Source of the DNA: Microcystis aeruginosa NIES-843
Lineage (GTDB): Bacteria > Cyanobacteriota > Cyanobacteriia > Cyanobacteriales > Microcystaceae
Reading direction: 5' to 3'
Assembly (NCBI RefSeq): GCF_000010625.1
Contig: NC_010296.1
Location: 1,200,001 to 1,232,000, forward strand
Length of the DNA stretch: 32,000 nt
This document shows positions 17,226-27,217 of the stretch, in pieces. Position 1 is the stretch's first letter. Each line of letters starts with the position of its first letter. The position numbers and the translations under genes were made by a program. The notes under the pieces are model-generated. The model did no database searches and was not told where the DNA came from. It worked only from the letters and a program-made list of their open reading frames with translations.

Positions 17226-17422
17226 TCTGGGCCTGATCAAGAGATAATCTGTCCCCAAAATCCCGTAAAAATTCGGGCTCTTCGGGACTTGGTATGGTTC
17301 GATATGGGGGCATAAATCGACTGAATCCTTATCTGGCAATAGATTTAATTGATTAGTTCGCTCTAGAGCAAAAACAATTGACAAAAATCGCTAAATGCCT
17401 TTCTATATAAGGGTTCCATCCC

Positions 17423-18043
17423 TTATAACCCCCGTCCATTGCATAACACAAACCGAAGAGCCAAAATTCGGGTTCCGTCTTTGAGAATATGAATTTCCAC
17501 TTGATCCGATGCCCAATTAATCTGATCTTCCAGAGCGGGATTGAGGACATGAATCCGTTGATTGCTAGAAGAAACGGGAGAATCGGGGGAATGAATAGCG
17601 AGGGATTCCACATAGGCCCCATCCACCAAAATATCTAACTGGGCCAATAATTCTTGAGAGTGAGGCGGTGCTTGGGTTGAGCGCAATTGTTCGATCGTAA
17701 ATCCCGTGAAGGACATCACATTTAAGCCTTTTTCTTTAACATATTTAGCTAATTCTGTCAAGGCTTTTGCTTGCCAAAAAGGTTCACCTCCGGAGAAAGT
17801 TAGGCCACTATTGCGGGGATTAGCCAAAATTTTGGCAGCTAGAGACTCAACAGTAATTAATTGATTGATCTTAAAGGACCAGGAAGCTGGATTAAAACAA
17901 CCCCGACACTCGCGAGAACAACCCTGTACCCAGACCACGGCCCGACAGCCAGGGCCGTTAACGGCGGATTCATCCACATAGCCCATGATATTGAGATGAT
18001 GGGCGGGAATTTGTGCTAATTGGGCAGCAATAGTCAGACTCAT
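17423..18043 (-). CDS. NrdG/PflA-like radical-SAM activase-family protein
   Basis: 206 aa. The segment NGPGCRAVVWVQGCSRECRGCFNP contains the CX3CX2C cluster motif in the context typical of glycyl-radical-enzyme activases. A GGEP motif follows. The C-terminal ~20 aa are uncertain. Confidence 0.75.
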   Translation of the reverse strand: MSLTIAAQLAQIPAHHLNIMGYVDESAVNGPGCRAVVWVQGCSRECRGCFNPASWSFKINQLITVESLAAKILANPRNSGLTFSGGEPFWQAKALTELAKYVKEKGLNVMSFTGFTIEQLRSTQAPPHSQELLAQLDILVDGAYVESLAIHSPDSPVSSSNQRIHVLNPALEDQINWASDQVEIHILKDGTRILALRFVLCNGRGL

Positions 18044-18124
18044 CGCTTATAATCCTCGATCGATTCCTATCTTTTTCATGCTAGGGAAAAAACGACAAAA
18101 ATCGATCGCTCTGGCAATGATTTG

Positions 18125-19306
18125 TTAACCTTTGACACACAGCACCTGCTTGAGAGTGGCGACAATTTCCACTAGATCCGCCTGTTGATTCATCACCTGT
18201 TGGATCGGTTTATAAGCTCCCGGAATCTCATCAATAACTCCCTCATCCTTGCGGCATTCAACCCCTTGAGTTTGGGCGATTAAATCATCAAGAGTAAAGG
18301 TTTTTTTAGCCAGATTTCTCGACATCAAGCGCCCGGCCCCGTGGGAACAGGAACAGAAGCTATTATGTTCTCCTTTGCCCTTAACAATATAAGATTGCGC
18401 TCCCATGGAACCGGGGATAATACCATAATCGGTTTCTCTAGCGCGGACTGCTCCTTTGCGGGTGACATAAACCTCCTCCCCAAAATGAATTTCTTTTTCA
18501 GCATAATTGTGATGACAATTAACCACTAAGAGGGGTTTAGTTGGTTTGCCTCCCGCTAGATGTTTTTCAACAATGCGTTTAAATCTAGCCATCATAATTT
18601 CCCGATTATAACGGGCATATTCCTGCGCCCATTGTAGATCGTGCCAGTAGGCGGTAAATTCTTCTGTACCGGCAACAAAGTAGGCCAGATCGAGGTCAGG
18701 TAATTTACCTTCTGCTAGTTTTGCTAACTCTTTGGCCGTATCAATATGACATTGTGCCAGTTGATTACCAATACCTCTAGAACCGGAATGGAGCATTAAC
18801 CAAACTTGATTGTCTGTATCTAAACAAATTTCGATAAAGTGATTACCACCCCCCAGAGAACCCATTTGTTTAAGGGCTTTTTTCTCTAGGTTCTGCACGC
18901 CTCGATGAATCTGTTTAAATTCCGCCCATTTTGGCCATTTAGTCACTTCCCGATCTACTTCTTTATTTTCCGCAAAACCGACGGGAATATTCGCCTCTAC
19001 ATCGAGGCGAATTTTTTTGAGTTTTCCCTGCAATTGTTCGCCAGTAAAAGGCATTTTTAGGGCAGCCATGCCGCAACCGATATCGACTCCGACGGCGGCA
19101 GGAATTACGGCATCTTTGGTGGCAATCACCGAACCGACTAAAGCGCCTTTACCCAAGTGAACATCGGGCATTAAAGAAATGTGTTTATAAACAAAAGGTA
19201 GGGAAGCGACATTTTTGGCCATTTGGGTTTCTTGGGGTCCTAATTCATGCCCCGCCCAAGATAAAATCGGTGTCGGTGTGGAAATATCCAGAGTTTCGTA
19301 AGCCAT
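18125..19306 (-). CDS. rtcB: RtcB RNA 3'-phosphate ligase
   Basis: It carries the motifs GGGNHFIE, HSGSRGIGN, NCHHNY and SHGAGR. I prefer the ATG at 19306 (MAYETLDIST...) over the ORF-track start at 19360. Confidence 0.9.
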   Translation of the reverse strand: MAYETLDISTPTPILSWAGHELGPQETQMAKNVASLPFVYKHISLMPDVHLGKGALVGSVIATKDAVIPAAVGVDIGCGMAALKMPFTGEQLQGKLKKIRLDVEANIPVGFAENKEVDREVTKWPKWAEFKQIHRGVQNLEKKALKQMGSLGGGNHFIEICLDTDNQVWLMLHSGSRGIGNQLAQCHIDTAKELAKLAEGKLPDLDLAYFVAGTEEFTAYWHDLQWAQEYARYNREIMMARFKRIVEKHLAGGKPTKPLLVVNCHHNYAEKEIHFGEEVYVTRKGAVRARETDYGIIPGSMGAQSYIVKGKGEHNSFCSCSHGAGRLMSRNLAKKTFTLDDLIAQTQGVECRKDEGVIDEIPGAYKPIQQVMNQQADLVEIVATLKQVLCVKG

Positions 19307-19667
19307 AGTTTTTATGAAATAATCAGGTAAAAAGCCGATGTAACCAAGACAATAAGGCAATTGAGATTCTGCGATGAATTAGATAAATTGTGATCGGCGA
19401 TCGTGTTTTAGCGCCAGAGGATAAGCTGTTGACTATCTAAATTACTCGTTCAGACTGCCCTCCGGGAGAATTTTTGACTTTCACCGCAGGTTTACCGACT
19501 ACTGTAATACTACCAAAAAGGTTCGGATACCTACACTATCGAGAAAGCGGGGTTATTTTGCACTATAGAGATAACGAAGGAACTGATAGGGGTGGGTATC
19601 GCCTAAAAACCGAGTACAGTTCCGATTCTAGAAGTCACTATAGTTGTATCGGAGCAGCACAAAGATT

Positions 19668-21572
19668 ATGGGAAAAGTAGTTGGAATTGACTTAGGGACG
19701 ACTAACTCCTGCGTTGCGGTTATGGAAGGGGGCAAACCCACCGTTATCGCCAACGCCGAAGGATTTAGAACCACGCCCTCAGTCGTCGCCTACGCCAAAA
19801 GTGGCGATCGCCTAGTAGGACAAATCGCCAAACGTCAAGCGGTAATGAACCCGCAAAATACTTTTTATTCCGTCAAACGCTTCATCGGCAGGAAATTCAA
19901 CGAAGTTACCAACGAAGCCACAGAAGTATCCTACAAAACTCTCCAAGACGGCAACGGCAACGTTAAATTAGACTGTCCCGCCCAGGGCAAACAATTCTCC
20001 CCCGAAGAAATTTCCGCCCAGGTACTGCGGAAACTGGTGGAAGATGCCAGTAAATACCTCGGCGAAACCGTTACCCAAGCAGTCATCACCGTACCCGCTT
20101 ATTTTAATGACTCCCAACGTCAGGCCACCAAAGATGCCGGTAGAATTGCTGGGATTGAAGTTCTCCGCATTATCAACGAACCCACTGCCGCCTCTCTTGC
20201 CTACGGATTAGACAAAAAAGCTAACGAAACCATTCTTGTTTTTGACTTGGGTGGGGGAACCTTTGACGTATCGGTTCTAGAAGTGGGTGATGGTGTCTTT
20301 GAAGTTCTCGCTACCTCTGGAGATACTCATCTCGGTGGTGATGACTTCGATAAAAAAATCGTTGATTATCTAGCCGGAGAATTCAAAAAAGTTGAAGGAA
20401 TAGATCTCCGTCAAGATAAACAGGCCCTGCAACGTCTCACAGAAGCGGCAGAAAAAGCCAAAATTGAGCTTTCTAGCGTTACCCAAGCGGAAATTAACCT
20501 GCCCTTCATCACCGCTACCGCCGAAGGGCCAAAACACCTAGATACTACCCTAACCAGAGCTAAATTTGAGGAAATTTGCGCCGATTTAATTGATCGCTGT
20601 CGGATTCCCGTCGAAAATGCCATCCGTGATGCCAAAATCGATAAATCTGCCCTCGATGAAGTGGTTCTCGTCGGTGGTTCAACCCGGATTCCCGCCGTCC
20701 AGGAATTAGTTAAAAAAGTTCTGGGCAAAGATCCTAACCAAAGCGTTAACCCCGATGAAGTGGTAGCCGTCGGTGCTGCCATTCAAGGTGGTGTTCTCGC
20801 CGGTGAAGTCAAAGATATTCTTCTGCTTGATGTTTCGCCCCTGTCTTTGGGTGTGGAAACCCTCGGCGGTGTGATGACGCGGATTATTACCCGCAACACC
20901 ACTATCCCCACCAAAAAATCGGAAGTTTTCTCCACGGCAGTAGATGGACAAACTAACGTGGAAATCCACGTCCTGCAAGGGGAACGGGAAATGGCCAAAG
21001 ATAACAAGAGTTTGGGAACTTTCCGACTCGATGGTATCCCTCCCGCTCCTCGTGGTGTGCCTCAAATCGAAGTGGTCTTCGACATCGATGCTAACGGTAT
21101 TTTAAATGTCACCGCTAAGGATAAAGGTACAGGAAAAGAACAATCGATCAGCATCACCGGCGCTTCTACCTTGCCCCAAAATGAAGTGGAACGCATGGTT
21201 AATGAGGCAGAATCGAACGCCGCAGTCGATAAGGAACGTCGCGAACGCATTGAACGCAAAAATCAAGCTGAAAACGTGGTTTATCAAGCTGAGAAGCAGT
21301 TAGCCGAGTTGGGCGATAAGGTTCCCCCATCCGAGAAAAATAAAGCCCAGGCATTGATTAAGGAACTGGAAGAAGCGATCGCTCAAGACGATGATGGTAA
21401 GATCAAAACCATCCTACCGGAATTACAACAAGCCCTCTACGCGATCGGTAGCAGTATGTATCAGCAAGGGGCCCCTAGTAATCCCACCGGTGGCAATGAT
21501 GGCAATGGCCCCTCTGGTGGTGCTGGTGGTGGCGATGATGTCATCGATGCGGAATTCTCCGACGCTAAATAA
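19668..21572 (+). CDS. dnaK: Hsp70 chaperone DnaK
   Basis: It carries [22 protein letters not shown] and [13 protein letters not shown], with a Gly-rich acidic tail. The true start is the ATG at 19668, inside the longer tracked ORF. Confidence 0.95.
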   Translation: MGKVVGIDLGTTNSCVAVMEGGKPTVIANAEGFRTTPSVVAYAKSGDRLVGQIAKRQAVMNPQNTFYSVKRFIGRKFNEVTNEATEVSYKTLQDGNGNVKLDCPAQGKQFSPEEISAQVLRKLVEDASKYLGETVTQAVITVPAYFNDSQRQATKDAGRIAGIEVLRIINEPTAASLAYGLDKKANETILVFDLGGGTFDVSVLEVGDGVFEVLATSGDTHLGGDDFDKKIVDYLAGEFKKVEGIDLRQDKQALQRLTEAAEKAKIELSSVTQAEINLPFITATAEGPKHLDTTLTRAKFEEICADLIDRCRIPVENAIRDAKIDKSALDEVVLVGGSTRIPAVQELVKKVLGKDPNQSVNPDEVVAVGAAIQGGVLAGEVKDILLLDVSPLSLGVETLGGVMTRIITRNTTIPTKKSEVFSTAVDGQTNVEIHVLQGEREMAKDNKSLGTFRLDGIPPAPRGVPQIEVVFDIDANGILNVTAKDKGTGKEQSISITGASTLPQNEVERMVNEAESNAAVDKERRERIERKNQAENVVYQAEKQLAELGDKVPPSEKNKAQALIKELEEAIAQDDDGKIKTILPELQQALYAIGSSMYQQGAPSNPTGGNDGNGPSGGAGGGDDVIDAEFSDAK

Positions 21573-21594
21573 AAATTAAGTTCCTAGCTTCGGC

Positions 21595-21624
21595 AAGGAC
21601 ACAATTTACTTTGTGTCCTTTTTT
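21595..21624 (+). terminator. Rho-independent terminator after dnaK
   Basis: The 10-bp stem aaggacacaa / ttgtgtcctt has a 6-nt loop and is followed by TTTT, 23 nt after the dnaK stop. Confidence 0.8.
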
Positions 21625-21681
21625 CATTGCGGCTTTCTTACAGATAAGGTTGTTACTGAAAATTAGGACTAAACTTAAGTA

Positions 21682-21894
21682 GGGTCTGCTGAATAAATGT
21701 GAAATGTAGGCAAGGTAGGGATTTTGTGGCTTTACGAGCGAAACAGGTGCAGGATTTTGAGAGAATCGTGCTTCAAAACCTTGCGTCTTCATCGGCCCGC
21801 GTCCTGTAGGGGCGAAGCATTCGGGCAATAACCTATCGGTGAAACCGTAGATTTTCTATCCGAATGCTTCGCCCGTACTTTTTGCCGCCAACCC
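21682..21894. mobile_element. MITE copy B (213 bp)
   Basis: It aligns end to end with copy A. It has a perfect 6-bp target-site duplication TAAGTA (21676-21681 and 21895-21900). The internal 19-bp stem pairs 21806-21824 with 21860-21878. Confidence 0.8.
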
Positions 21895-21929
21895 TAAGTA
21901 GAGCATCTTGGAGAACTAAGATTAAGAAA

Positions 21930-23138
21930 ATGGAAATTTACCAATTTAGCCAACGCCAGACAATTATTATGGCTATTCTAGTCCTCTATCTCGGTAAGTA
22001 TTTAACCAAAAATATCAAATTTCTGCAAGACTATAACATTCCTGATGCCGTTGCTGGTGGTGTCTTAGCTTCCTTATTTTTCGGTCTATTTTTTGCTGTT
22101 TTTAAATGGCAAATTGAATTTACCCTTAATGTTCGGGATGCCCTGTTAATCGTTTTTTTTACTACTATCGGGCTGTCCTCAAAACTAAAAACCCTGCTGC
22201 AAGGGGGTAAACCCTTGCTAATTTTATTAATAACCGCCGTGGTTTATCTCATTCTACAAAATTTAGCTGGGTTAGGAGTGGCAAAAGTGATGGGATTAGA
22301 TTTACCCATCGGTTTGATTGCTGGTTCCGTTTCTTTGAGTGGCGGTCACGGGACTGCCATTGCTTGGGCTTCTATTTTTCGTGATAATTATGGCATCGCC
22401 AAAGCATCAGAAATCGGTGTAGCTAGTGCTACTTTTGGGCTAGTTTTAGGGGGAATTATTGGCGGACCGGTGGCTAAATGGTTAATTACTAGAAATCGAC
22501 TGCGAGCCAATAATCAAGACCAAGATTTAACGGTGGGAATTAAACAAAGCCAGAGGAATGTCAATATCGATTACAATACAATGCTCCATTCAATCTTAGT
22601 GATTGGTTTAACTATCGGTTTAGGTAATCAGATTAACTACTGGGTAACTCCCCTTGGTTTAAAATTACCGGATTTTGTCCCCTGTTTATTGGCAGGAATT
22701 ATCCTGACTAATACCGTACCTTTGGTGTTGAAACGCTTTCCTTGGCCCGCTAATACGCCCTCTTTAGCCTTAATTTCTGATGTTAGTCTCGGTTTATTCC
22801 TATCTATGTCCTTGATGAGTTTACAATTATGGACATTGATCGATTTGGCCGGACCGATTGCTATCCTGTTATTAGTGCAGTTCTCACTCAGTATTATTTA
22901 TACTGTTTTACTGGTCTTTCCCGTAATGGGAAAAAACTATCATGCTTCAGTAGTTTGCGCCGGTTATTTGGGTTTAACTCTAGGGGCAACTCCCACAGCG
23001 ATCGCCAATATGACCGCGGTGACGGAACATTTTGGGGCTTCTCCCCAGGCATTTATTATTGTTCCTTTGGTGGGGGCATTTTTTATCGATTTGTCTAATG
23101 CTTTTATCATCCAGCAATTTTTGAATTTTCTGACTTAA
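21930..23138 (+). CDS. gltS: Sodium/glutamate symporter GltS
   Basis: It resembles GltS along its full length (SLSGGHGTAIAW, MGKNYHASVVCAGYLGLTLGATPTAIANMTAVTEHFG, VPLVGAFFIDL). The start is set at the ATG at 21930 because the tracked start (21864) lies inside MITE copy B. Confidence 0.9.
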   Translation: MEIYQFSQRQTIIMAILVLYLGKYLTKNIKFLQDYNIPDAVAGGVLASLFFGLFFAVFKWQIEFTLNVRDALLIVFFTTIGLSSKLKTLLQGGKPLLILLITAVVYLILQNLAGLGVAKVMGLDLPIGLIAGSVSLSGGHGTAIAWASIFRDNYGIAKASEIGVASATFGLVLGGIIGGPVAKWLITRNRLRANNQDQDLTVGIKQSQRNVNIDYNTMLHSILVIGLTIGLGNQINYWVTPLGLKLPDFVPCLLAGIILTNTVPLVLKRFPWPANTPSLALISDVSLGLFLSMSLMSLQLWTLIDLAGPIAILLLVQFSLSIIYTVLLVFPVMGKNYHASVVCAGYLGLTLGATPTAIANMTAVTEHFGASPQAFIIVPLVGAFFIDLSNAFIIQQFLNFLT

Positions 23139-23324
23139 AAATTTTTATCGATCAAGTAATTTTTGAGGAAAGTTGACTAATCTTTTCCGTCAAGATTGGC
23201 AAAAGCTTGCAGTAAAATCGGAATAATACCAAATCCGTTTTTAATAGTATCATTAACTGCCAATCAAGCTTTAAAAACCCAGTTATGGATTGTTTCTTGC
23301 TGCTCCGGCACTCCCCGTTTCCAC

Positions 23325-23353
23325 AAGGACACAAGTTACCTTGTGTCCTTTTT
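23325..23353 (+). terminator. Terminator hairpin, near-duplicate of the dnaK terminator
   Basis: The stem aaggacacaa / ttgtgtcctt is identical to 21595-21620, the loop is gttacc, and TTT follows. It lies between convergent gltS and por. Confidence 0.6.
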
Positions 23354-23371
23354 CAGGCTCAAAATCGGAAA

Positions 23372-24364
<993 letters not shown>

Positions 24365-24414
24365 CTAGGGAATATCCAAAGGATTCCGATTATAAATTTT
24401 ATCTCAAATGTCGG

Positions 24415-24451
24415 GGTTTCATCCCGTCGCTTTTAGGGACGGGATGAAACC
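24415..24451. other. Perfect 14-bp stem-loop upstream of por
   Basis: The stem ggtttcatcccgtc / gacgggatgaaacc has a 9-nt loop. No U-tract follows on either strand, so it is not a canonical intrinsic terminator. Confidence 0.7.
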
Positions 24452-24827
24452 AAGCGCCAATATAAAACAGCACTTCGACACATTTCGACAGGCTCAATGT
24501 AAAGGCTCAACGTAAAGGCTCAGTGACACGAAGCACGATTAAAAATAAGCGTCCAGTCTCCTGACAAAATCTCGAATAACTTCTTCTTGTAAGGGTCTTG
24601 ACCTACTCAGGCCAAATAGCTACCATGTAAGTAGAGCGGATAGGGTAATCAACCGCTTTAAAAACCCATGTAGTCTAACCACTACGCTATCTGCACCTTG
24701 ACAATTAAAGATATGGGGTTCTACTCAATAGTTCTAGTTTCCCCCTGCTCGTGATGTAAAATCTTTACAGGAAATAGACAAAGCAGTATTTGAAGCTAAC
24801 GTTTCAATTCAAGCAAACTTTGTACCC

Positions 24828-24866
24828 CCCCCTTGCCCCCCCCGACGTCGGGGGGGGGCAAGGGGG
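24828..24866. repeat. Extreme GC palindrome centred on GACGTC
   Basis: The sequence is cccccttgcccccccc-gacgtc-ggggggggg-caa-ggggg. The arms pair over 16-19 bp with a one-G bulge. Confidence 0.85.
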
Positions 24867-25029
24867 ACTATCGTAGGGCATACGAAAAGTAACGCTTAGG
24901 GAGAGAACCACCTCTGGGTTGGATAACGCAAGGCATCTAATTTAAGTGGACTCGTTGAACTAAGAATCCCGAAGCGCTTAGTGCGACGGGAGTGTCAAAT
25001 AACTTCAAATTTTCGTGAGTGTTCACTTA

Positions 25030-25154
25030 TCAGTGATCAGTGATCAGTTATCAGTGATCAGTTATCAGATTTAAGTTTACCGATCTTCCCACTTCCCACT
25101 TCCTCACTTCCCCACTTCCCCACTTTCCGATTCATAATTCATAATTCATAATTC
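25030..25154. repeat. Three different heptamer/octamer arrays in tandem
   Basis: The arrays are (TCAGTKA)x6 at 25030-25070, (TTCCCAC/TTCCCCAC)x5 at 25086-25123 and (TTCATAA)x3 at 25131-25154. They lie immediately 3' of the CsgG-like gene stop (25159). Confidence 0.9.
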
Positions 25155-25158
25155 CCGA

Positions 25159-26160
25159 TTAACGAATGGGTTTAGCTAAATCACCGACTTTAAAACCATT
25201 ACCGGTAATGATGCGACCGACGCTAGATTGACCATCAGCTTCGACAATTTCGAGAGTGCCAATCGGTTGAGTAATCTGACGGATAACCTTACCCGTTTGC
25301 GGATCCTTGACCGTTTGAGTCGTCCGTTCGATGGAAATGCGTAAACCGACACGATAGCCTTCTCCCGTACCTTTATTGAGAATTACCTGATTTCCCGCCA
25401 CGGCAGCCACTAAAGCGGTGACAGTCGGGAGCGAGCGAGGTGTAGCGGCGATTTGGTCGGCTTTATCATTGAGATTATCCACCACCCGCGCCACTGCCTT
25501 ATCGGTGGCAATACTGAGTAATTTCCCTTCATTGGAAGTTTGGGAACCACCCCCAACGCCTAAAACCACGGTTGAACCATCGGATTGATTGGCAGTACCA
25601 TCTCCCTGAGCGGTGGTAATAATTTCGGCCGTGGTGGTATTAATTGCCCGGACATTTAACTTGACAAAAGCATCGGTTTCTGTCTTGGCGGTGCTAAAAA
25701 TAATAAACGAGCCACCGGATTGTTTTTTTTGTAAATCGAATTGGGTAATCGAACCGATAATCACCACATCTACCCCCAAAATTTGCCCGATTTGAGCGGC
25801 GGTAGCGGCATCTACCCGTCCCGAAGCCCCCAAATTCTGTTCTCTGAGGACAGCATCAATGCGACTGCGCTCAATGACTGTATAGCGACCACTTTCCACC
25901 AATCTATTGACGAGAATATCACTGACACCACTGGCTCCACCATTGAGAAATGTTAACCACTGGGGATTACTGAGACCGCTATAATCGAAGTCTAAAACCG
26001 CTACTCGCACCTTTTCGCTTTTTTGGGCTAAGAGTAGGGGTAAATTGTTAGAGATAGCTTGGGAGAAAGCCGGTGCGTTAAAGCTAAAACCCAAACTAGA
26101 AGCGACTCCCACAAGGGTGATTAGGGCAGAAAAACCACGGATACTATCTCGATCGAACAT
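25159..26160 (-). CDS. CsgG/HfaB-like secreted or lipoprotein-family protein
   Basis: It has a signal-like N-terminus. The core VAVLDFDY...ILVNRLVESGRYTVIERSRIDAVLREQNL...VDVVIIGSITQF resembles the CsgG fold family. I prefer the ATG at 26160 to the TTG at 26181. Confidence 0.55.
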   Translation of the reverse strand: MFDRDSIRGFSALITLVGVASSLGFSFNAPAFSQAISNNLPLLLAQKSEKVRVAVLDFDYSGLSNPQWLTFLNGGASGVSDILVNRLVESGRYTVIERSRIDAVLREQNLGASGRVDAATAAQIGQILGVDVVIIGSITQFDLQKKQSGGSFIIFSTAKTETDAFVKLNVRAINTTTAEIITTAQGDGTANQSDGSTVVLGVGGGSQTSNEGKLLSIATDKAVARVVDNLNDKADQIAATPRSLPTVTALVAAVAGNQVILNKGTGEGYRVGLRISIERTTQTVKDPQTGKVIRQITQPIGTLEIVEADGQSSVGRIITGNGFKVGDLAKPIR

Positions 26161-26233
26161 GATAAGGGGTTCTCCAGTCAAATAGAATATAGATCATAAT
26201 ACATCTGAAAATTGCTCTAACTATCGAGAGTGA

Positions 26234-27217
26234 TCAAGAGCGAGAATTTTGAATGGCAGTAATTAAACCTCTCACCTCCTCGGTTCCCTCGGAAGCTTCA
26301 AAGGAAGTGGGAAATTTACCCTTAGCAATCATCCGCAATCCCAAGGGGGCAATACTTAATAAACCCTGTAAATCGCGCCAATAATTGCCCACCACATAGA
26401 GGCCGAATTTGCGTTCATCAACCCATCCCCCTGCTTTGACTAATTCCACTAAAACTTTCCGGTGACGAATGGGACGACTACTATCGTCCGACTTGCGAGC
26501 GAGTATTTCCTGTTTAATTTTACTAATCTGATCCATGGGAGCCACTTCCATGGGACAAACCGCATTACAGAAATAGCAGCGCGTACACCCCCAAACCCCT
26601 GCGGTGCCTTGATTATAAAGTTCTAGGCGACTTTCCTGATTACCATCGCGGGAATCTGCTAGGGTGCGCTGCGCTTTTGCTAAAGCGTGGGGACCGACAA
26701 AATCGGGATTCACTTGCTTGGCATTACATTCCGAATAACAGGCGCCGCACATAATGCAGTTACCCATCTGATTGAGATTGGCTCTTTCTTCTGGAGTTTG
26801 CAGAAATTCTCGTTCGGGAATGGTGCGTGCTTGACTACTGATATAAGGTTCAACCTTTTCTAAATCGTCCCAAAACGGTTGCATATTGACGATTAAATCC
26901 CGGATAATCGGTAAATTACCCAGAGGGGCGATCGTGATTTCGGGAATTTCTCCGGCATCTTTTTGGCTACAATGGTTTAATTCACTGGCGATATTTTTTT
27001 GACAAGCCAAGGCCGAACGGCCGTTAATTTTCATCGCACAGCTGCCACAAATTGTATTGCGGCAATTTTTACGAAAGGCCAAAGTTCCATCAAGTTCCCA
27101 TTTGATGCGATTAAGGCAGTCGAGAATTGTATTTCCCGCCTCCACCTCTAGGGTAAAATTTTCTAGGTAGGGGGTGTCGTTGGGTCGTTGACGCAGAATT
27201 TTAAAAGAAACTTCCAT
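26234..27217 (-). CDS. sdhB: Succinate dehydrogenase/fumarate reductase iron-sulfur subunit
   Basis: Cluster motifs are CRNTICGSCAMKINGRSALAC (2Fe-2S), CIMCGACYSEC (4Fe-4S) and CTRCYFCNAVCP (3Fe-4S). There is a cyanobacterial-type C-terminal extension. The start is set at the ATG at 27217 (MEVSFKIL). Confidence 0.85.
   Translation of the reverse strand: MEVSFKILRQRPNDTPYLENFTLEVEAGNTILDCLNRIKWELDGTLAFRKNCRNTICGSCAMKINGRSALACQKNIASELNHCSQKDAGEIPEITIAPLGNLPIIRDLIVNMQPFWDDLEKVEPYISSQARTIPEREFLQTPEERANLNQMGNCIMCGACYSECNAKQVNPDFVGPHALAKAQRTLADSRDGNQESRLELYNQGTAGVWGCTRCYFCNAVCPMEVAPMDQISKIKQEILARKSDDSSRPIRHRKVLVELVKAGGWVDERKFGLYVVGNYWRDLQGLLSIAPLGLRMIAKGKFPTSFEASEGTEEVRGLITAIQNSRS

Noticed and set aside
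19534-19643. Three CACTAT(A/C)G motifs in the dnaK leader, plus a TAATAC nearby, reminiscent of a T7-type promoter
   Set aside because: The motifs are short, their spacing is irregular (27 and 75 nt), and the upstream half of a phage-type promoter is not matched. This is likely chance.
19307-19667. CIRCE/HrcA operator upstream of dnaK
   Set aside because: I found only ttagcgcc at about 19397. There is no TTAGCACTC-N9-GAGTGCTAA inverted repeat.
20411-21303. Several 60-120 aa ORFs antisense or out of frame within dnaK
   Set aside because: They are typical shadow ORFs of a strongly supported gene. The same applies to ORFs inside por (23560-23981), the CsgG-like gene (25613-25956), the M23 gene (111-410, 1037-1255), the pentapeptide gene (15411-15785), gltS (22829-23098), rtcB (18341-18529) and yebC (16380-16628).
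21565-21828. 87-aa ORF antisense to the dnaK 3' flank
   Set aside because: It is the MITE-derived counterpart of ORF 1261-1515 and overlaps the dnaK terminator. I consider it spurious.
24981-24987. GTGCGAC resembling a group II intron 5' end
   Set aside because: No domain V/VI-like sequence and no intron-encoded protein follow. The next feature is a set of heptamer arrays and then a gene on the other strand.
24452-25020. tRNA, tmRNA, RNase P RNA or group I intron
   Set aside because: Fragments such as tttcgacagg, aaggctcaa and agactacatgg resemble pieces of tmRNA or group I cores. But there is no GGGG...CCACCA acceptor pairing, no T-arm (GGTTCGA-type), no GAGGAAAGTCCGG box and no flanking tRNA exons.
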